Below are positions 59,149 through 64,000 of a stretch of DNA of 64,000 bases, piece after piece. Position numbers and translations under genes: made by a program. Origin of the DNA: an uncultured Muribaculaceae bacterium (GTDB lineage: Bacteria; Bacillota_I; Bacilli_A; RF39; UBA660); assembly GCA_964616645.1 (NCBI GenBank), contig CAZTUM010000001.1, forward strand, positions 9,318 to 73,317, written 5' to 3'. The stretch's first letter is position 1. Every line of letters starts with the position of its first letter. Below the pieces are notes generated by a model that was not told the DNA's origin, did no database searches, and worked only from the letters and a program-made list of their open reading frames with translations.

Positions 59149-60771
59149 CTACATTTCTTCTCTTGGTATAATACCAATTAAATTTAATGCATTATTTAAC
59201 ACTATCTTTATTGATGTTATTAATGCTATTTTTTGTTTTGTTTCTTCTATATTATCAGTAAGTAATTTTTCTTTAGTATAATATGTATGAAATAGTGTTG
59301 CTAATTCATAACAATAATTTGAAATTATATGAGGTAATCTTTTTTCTCCAGATGATTTTACTACATTTTTAAATTCATATAATTTATTCAAAATATTATA
59401 TGTATTTTCATTATTTAGATATGTATAATCGTCTATATTATTTATATTGTATTCTTTTATGCTTTTTAATACTTTACTTATTCTGGCATTTGCATATTCA
59501 ATATAGTATATTGGATTATCATTATTTTCTTTAGTAGCAATATCTAAATTAAAATCCATTTGAGTATCTAAAGCATGTGATACAAAGAAATATCTTGTAG
59601 CATTTACACCTACTTCTTCAATTAAATCATTCATAGTTATTGTTTTACCAGTACGCTTACTTAATTTTAATTCTTCATTATTTTTTATTAATCTAACCAT
59701 TTGTAATATTTTGATATCTAATACATTACTATCATATCCTACTAAATCTATACCAATTTTTATTCTTTTGATATAACCATGATGGTCTGCGCCTAAGATA
59801 TCTATCAATTTATCAAATTTTCTATTTAATTTATCACTGTGATATGCTATATCTGGTAATAAGTATGTGTATGTTCCATCACTTTTTATTAATACACGGT
59901 CTTTTTCATCTCCATATTCTGTAGTTTTTAACCATAATGCACCTTCTTCGATATAACATTTACCTGTATTTTTTAGTTTATTAATAGTAGTATCTACTAA
60001 ACCTTTATCATATATACTTTGTTCACTTGACCATACGTCAAAATTGACACGAAATTTATCTAAATCTTTTTTTATTTGGTCTAATAGAATATCTAATCCA
60101 AATTTTTTAAAGAAATTAATATCTTCATCTTTTTTAGTATCTTGGTATGTATTATAGATTTTGTTAGCTATATCTATTATTTCTTTTCCATGATATCCAT
60201 CTTCTGGTAATTCACATTTTATTCCACATAAATTTAAATATCTTACTTTTATTGATGTACCTAAATTATTCATTTGATTTCCTGCATCGTTTATATAGTA
60301 TTCTCTTGTTACGTCATATCCACAGAAACTTAATATTTTTGACAGTGAATCTCCATAAGCTGCACCTCTTGCATGACCTACATGTAATATTCCAGTAGGA
60401 TTAGCACTTACATATTCTATATTTATTTTAGTATTATTACCTATATTACTTCTACCATAATTTTTATTTTCTTTTAAAATGGTATTTATATTTTCTAATA
60501 GGTATTTTTTATCTATTTTAAAGTTAATAAATCCTGGGGGAAGTACTGTTATAGATTCTATGTAAGAGTTTGATAGTAGGTTTTTTATGTTATTTGCAAT
60601 TTCTAATGGTGATGTAGTTAATGTTTTAGCTAACTGTAATGCTACGTTAGTTGAATAATCACCATGAATTCTATTTTTAGGTATTTCTATATTAATATTT
60701 ATATTTTCTTTTATATTTAATTTATTTAATACTTCTTTTAGTGATTGCTCTAAACTTTCTTTTATATCCAT
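59149..60771 (-). CDS. argS: Arginine--tRNA ligase.
   Basis: HVGHARGAAYGD (HIGH region); 540 aa. Confidence 0.9.
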   Translation of the reverse strand: MDIKESLEQSLKEVLNKLNIKENININIEIPKNRIHGDYSTNVALQLAKTLTTSPLEIANNIKNLLSNSYIESITVLPPGFINFKIDKKYLLENINTILKENKNYGRSNIGNNTKINIEYVSANPTGILHVGHARGAAYGDSLSKILSFCGYDVTREYYINDAGNQMNNLGTSIKVRYLNLCGIKCELPEDGYHGKEIIDIANKIYNTYQDTKKDEDINFFKKFGLDILLDQIKKDLDKFRVNFDVWSSEQSIYDKGLVDTTINKLKNTGKCYIEEGALWLKTTEYGDEKDRVLIKSDGTYTYLLPDIAYHSDKLNRKFDKLIDILGADHHGYIKRIKIGIDLVGYDSNVLDIKILQMVRLIKNNEELKLSKRTGKTITMNDLIEEVGVNATRYFFVSHALDTQMDFNLDIATKENNDNPIYYIEYANARISKVLKSIKEYNINNIDDYTYLNNENTYNILNKLYEFKNVVKSSGEKRLPHIISNYCYELATLFHTYYTKEKLLTDNIEETKQKIALITSIKIVLNNALNLIGIIPREEM

Positions 60772-60776
60772 ATTAT

Positions 60777-61133
60777 TTACCTCATTTCTATTTCATATAT
60801 AAATTTATTATTATTATCTGGTAATTCATATTCTATTTTTATATAATCTTTTTCTATTGTTAATTCTTTGGTCAAAATATCTATATTTAAGTACATATCT
60901 AATGGTTTAGCATAATAACTTGAAGGAATAGTTTTTCCTTTTTCAAAATTTATTGTGTGATGATGTTCTGGTGTCTCTATTGATAATATAATTTTTTTAT
61001 CTTTTATATAGATTGTTTCTTTATTAATATCATTATGATAGGTTATTTTATTTTTTTTAATAGTAGCAGAATATTCGTTAGTTAGTATTTTATTTTCACT
61101 TATATTAGTTAAAGTTGTTTTAACTTTACTCAT
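60777..61133 (-). CDS. DUF1934 (YwiB-like) beta-barrel protein, the conserved argS neighbour in Bacilli.
   Basis: 118 aa, with argS-ywiB-type synteny. Confidence 0.55.
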   Translation of the reverse strand: MSKVKTTLTNISENKILTNEYSATIKKNKITYHNDINKETIYIKDKKIILSIETPEHHHTINFEKGKTIPSSYYAKPLDMYLNIDILTKELTIEKDYIKIEYELPDNNNKFIYEIEMR

Positions 61134-61282
61134 ATATATAATATCACTTCCTTTGTAATAAATTCGGTATACATTATATCATAACTATTAAAAAAATTAA
61201 ACTTATATTTTAACTTTTTTTACAAATAATATATTTAGGTGTTAAAAGCACTTATTTTATATGGGATTTTAGGTGATAAATT

Positions 61283-63247
61283 ATGTGTAAATTTAAGGTT
61301 ATTATTAAAAAAGTTAGTATGTTTGTTTTTTTTGGTATTATTTTGTTTATTGTTTGTAATTTAGGAATGTTTTTATATTGTTTAATTACACCAAAGATTG
61401 ATTTAAATAAGATGCAATCATATTATTTATATGATAGTGATGATAATTTAGTTTTTAATAATCAAGATGATTGGATTAGTTTAGATAAGATTTCTGATTA
61501 TGTTATTAAAGCCACTGTTAACACTGAAGATAAGAGGTTTTATAAACATAAGGGGATTGATTATATTAGAGTTTTAAAGGCTATTTTTGTTAATTTAAAA
61601 TCTGGTTCTATGAAAGAGGGTGCTTCAACAATTACACAACAATATGCCAGAAATTTATTTTTAAATTTCGATAAAACTTGGACTAGAAAGGTAGAGGAGG
61701 CTATTTTATCTTTTGAGATAGAAACTCATTATTCTAAAGATGAAATATTAGAGGGTTATTTAAATACAATTGATTATGGAGGAGTTTATGGGATAGAGAA
61801 TGCTAGTTATTATTATTTTGGTAAGAGTAGTGAGTATTTGAATTTAGCAGAAGCTACCTTATTATGTGGAATACCTAAATCACCTTATTATTATTCTCCT
61901 TTTATTAATTTTGATAAATCTAAGGAAAGGCAAGAACTTATACTTAGTTTAATGCTTAAAAATGAAGTTATTTCTAAGGAAGAGTATGATGAAGCTTTGA
62001 AGTATGAATTTGTTTTTAATTCTTCTGATGATAAAGATACTTTATCTAGTTTAATGTATTATAAAGATGCTGTTGTAGAGGAGTTATATAGCATTAATGA
62101 AATTCCTAAATCTTTGATTGAAACTGGTGGGCTTAAGGTTTATACTACTTTAGATATAGAGGGGCAAAAAATATTAGAGGAATCTGTTTTAAATAATATT
62201 GATAAAGAGGATGAGTTTCAAGCTGCAGGGATATTAATGAATCCAGAGAATGGAGATGTTTTAGCTTTGATTGGAGGTACTGATTATAGTGTGAGTCAAT
62301 TTAATAGAGCGATTAAGGCTAAAAGACAAGTTGGTTCTACTATGAAGCCATTTTTATATTATGCTGCTTTAGAAAATGGATTTACAGCTTCTTCTTCATT
62401 TATTAGTGAGAGGACAATATTTACTTTTTCTAATAATAGTACTTATTCTCCTAAAAATTATAATGATAAATATCCTAATATGCCTATTTCTATGGGGGCC
62501 GCGATTGCATATTCAGATAATATTTATGCGGTTAAGACACATTTGTTTTTAGGTGAAGAGGTGTTGGTTGATATTGCTAAGAGGGTTGGAATTACTAGTG
62601 AGTTAGAGGCAATTCCAAGTTTAGCTCTTGGGAGTGAGGAAATTAGTTTACTCGAAATGGTAAGAGGTTATGCTGCTTTTGCTAATGAAGGGTATAAGGT
62701 TAAACCACATTTTATTAGGAAGGTTACTGATAGTACTGGAGTTGTTTTATATGAATTTAATGATGTAAAGGAGTGTGTACTTAATAAGAGTACTACTTAT
62801 ATTTTAAATAATTTACTTACTTCTACATATGATACTGCATTAATTGATTATAATAATCCTACTTTGATTAATTTACTTCCTCAGATGACTCATAAGTATG
62901 CTGTTAAAACTGGGTCTAGCGGGAGTGATTATTGGATTATTGGTTATAATAAAAATGCGGTTTTAGGGATATGGAATGGTTATGATGATAATAGGGAAGT
63001 TAATTTTGATATATATAATGCACATAAGAATATTTGGATACAAACTATGGAAGGTTATTTAAAGGATAAAGATAAAAGTAGGGAATGGTATAATATGCCT
63101 AATAATGTAGTAGGAGTGTTAGTTAATCCTATTACTGGTGAGGTAGTTACAGAAGAGGTTAAAAATGCAAGAATATTCTATTATATAAAAGGGACTGAGC
63201 CTTATTATAATACTGCGGATTTAGATTTGGTATTTAAAGATAGTTAA
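61283..63247 (+). CDS. Class A penicillin-binding protein (GT51 transglycosylase plus transpeptidase).
   Basis: GT51 motif GASTITQQYARNLFL, transpeptidase STMKP (SxxK), and an N-terminal signal anchor. Confidence 0.85.
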   Translation: MCKFKVIIKKVSMFVFFGIILFIVCNLGMFLYCLITPKIDLNKMQSYYLYDSDDNLVFNNQDDWISLDKISDYVIKATVNTEDKRFYKHKGIDYIRVLKAIFVNLKSGSMKEGASTITQQYARNLFLNFDKTWTRKVEEAILSFEIETHYSKDEILEGYLNTIDYGGVYGIENASYYYFGKSSEYLNLAEATLLCGIPKSPYYYSPFINFDKSKERQELILSLMLKNEVISKEEYDEALKYEFVFNSSDDKDTLSSLMYYKDAVVEELYSINEIPKSLIETGGLKVYTTLDIEGQKILEESVLNNIDKEDEFQAAGILMNPENGDVLALIGGTDYSVSQFNRAIKAKRQVGSTMKPFLYYAALENGFTASSSFISERTIFTFSNNSTYSPKNYNDKYPNMPISMGAAIAYSDNIYAVKTHLFLGEEVLVDIAKRVGITSELEAIPSLALGSEEISLLEMVRGYAAFANEGYKVKPHFIRKVTDSTGVVLYEFNDVKECVLNKSTTYILNNLLTSTYDTALIDYNNPTLINLLPQMTHKYAVKTGSSGSDYWIIGYNKNAVLGIWNGYDDNREVNFDIYNAHKNIWIQTMEGYLKDKDKSREWYNMPNNVVGVLVNPITGEVVTEEVKNARIFYYIKGTEPYYNTADLDLVFKDS

Positions 63248-63271
63248 TGTATTGTATAAAAAAATATATAG

Positions 63272-63318
63272 ATAAAAAAAGTCATAGATTTTCGTTTTTC
63301 TATGACTTATTTGATTTT
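63272..63318. terminator. Bidirectional hairpin terminator between the convergent PBP gene and the ATPase gene.
   Basis: agtcatag ... ctatgact 8-bp stem, flanked by an A-run and a T-run. Confidence 0.5.
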
Positions 63319-64000
63319 ATACATCCATTTTTCATATATATTAGCACTTGCACTTGTTGGAGGTGGGTTTGGTACTTGCATTTTTACTATCATTGGTAAT
63401 TGCATCATTTTACCAAAAGCTATACATGTTCCTGATTGTAGTGATTTTTGTTTTTCTATTATTTCTTTGCTAATATTAGGTACCATTTTTTCTATATATT
63501 CTAAATCTGTTGGATGATTTATTTTAAAAATTAGAAAGTTGGTACATTGACTTAATACTGTTTCTGATAATTCTGTTGGTCTTTGAGTAATTAAGTCTAT
63601 TATTACTCCATATTTTCTTCCTTCTTTTGCTATTCTTTCAAAAATATTATAACCCATAGTTTTGGTATCATAATCTTTTTGTACGTAACGATGAGCTTCT
63701 TCTAACATTATATGGATAGGGAATGTTCCTCGTTCTTTTAAATTTTTTGAAAATTTAAATATTAATCTTGAATATATTTTTGTTAAAGCTTTAGCCATTC
63801 TATCATCTATATCTTCTAATACAAAGTTAATTATTTGGCATCTTTTATTTGGAGAAGCCATAACTAACTCATTTATATATTCATTTAACGTTATAAATTT
63901 ATCATAATTAAAAAATTTCTTATATGAACTGTTACAAATGGTATGTAATTTTACTTTTAATGCTATTGCATCTGAATAATATTTATCATTTAGTAAAAGG
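63307..64000 (-). CDS. C-terminal part of a HerA/FtsK-like (DUF87-type) ATPase. The ORF is open to the window edge, so the gene is partial.
   Basis: VIIDLITQRPTELSETVLSQCTNFLIFKINHPTD is typical of the conserved C-terminal block of HerA/AAA_10 ATPases. There is no stop codon in frame upstream to position 64000. Confidence 0.4.
   Translation of the reverse strand, partial: LLLNDKYYSDAIALKVKLHTICNSSYKKFFNYDKFITLNEYINELVMASPNKRCQIINFVLEDIDDRMAKALTKIYSRLIFKFSKNLKERGTFPIHIMLEEAHRYVQKDYDTKTMGYNIFERIAKEGRKYGVIIDLITQRPTELSETVLSQCTNFLIFKINHPTDLEYIEKMVPNISKEIIEKQKSLQSGTCIAFGKMMQLPMIVKMQVPNPPPTSASANIYEKWMYKIK

Noticed and set aside
1-64000. CRISPR arrays, tRNA or rRNA genes, and prophage blocks.
   Set aside because: I saw no regularly spaced direct repeats, no cloverleaf-like GC-rich 70-90-nt islands in intergenic regions, and no phage structural genes. 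Intergenic regions are short and AT-rich.

Overview
This is a very AT-rich (roughly 25-28% GC by eye) chromosomal window from a low-GC, endospore-forming Firmicute. The housekeeping backbone shows Bacillus-like synteny: spoIVA, der, rpsF-ssb-rpsR, ychF-DUF951, mreB/mbl-spoIIID-M23(SpoIIQ-like)-spoIID, rpiB, rpmE, murA, mntP, spoIIR, prmC-prfA, rpoE(delta), argS-DUF1934 and a class A PBP.

Three accessory blocks interrupt this backbone.

1. A roughly 15-kb Wzx/Wzy-dependent cell-wall polysaccharide locus (about 5.0-21.5 kb) lies next to a divergent LCP ligase. It encodes a complete WbpA/B/E/D plus WecB(WbpI)-like route to UDP-2,3-diacetamido-2,3-dideoxy-hexuronic acid, five glycosyltransferases, two AsnB-like amidotransferases and an O-acetyltransferase. 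At its 3' end it is interrupted by a 1.76-kb IS1182-family element with 40-bp terminal inverted repeats and a frameshifted transposase.

2. A tightly packed six-gene minus-strand operon (23.2-31.5 kb) encodes a membrane-anchored CotH kinase with three lamin-tail domains, a VTC (polyphosphate-polymerase-like) protein, a DUF4956 membrane protein, a membrane-anchored protein with an internal repeat, a phosphodiester glycosidase and an AsnB-like enzyme. I consider this the best candidate in the window for an undescribed extracytoplasmic system.

3. A compact T7SSb-like locus (31.6-41.2 kb) has only EsaB/YukD and EssC as recognisable machinery; no EssA, EssB or EsaA is present. It is followed by an embedded divergent XRE regulator, a tandem-WXG100 protein, a small helper, a 658-aa putative effector and two DUF4176 proteins flanking a candidate immunity gene. 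It sits directly beside rpsR and shares a terminator/promoter region with it.

I found no rRNA, tRNA or CRISPR.
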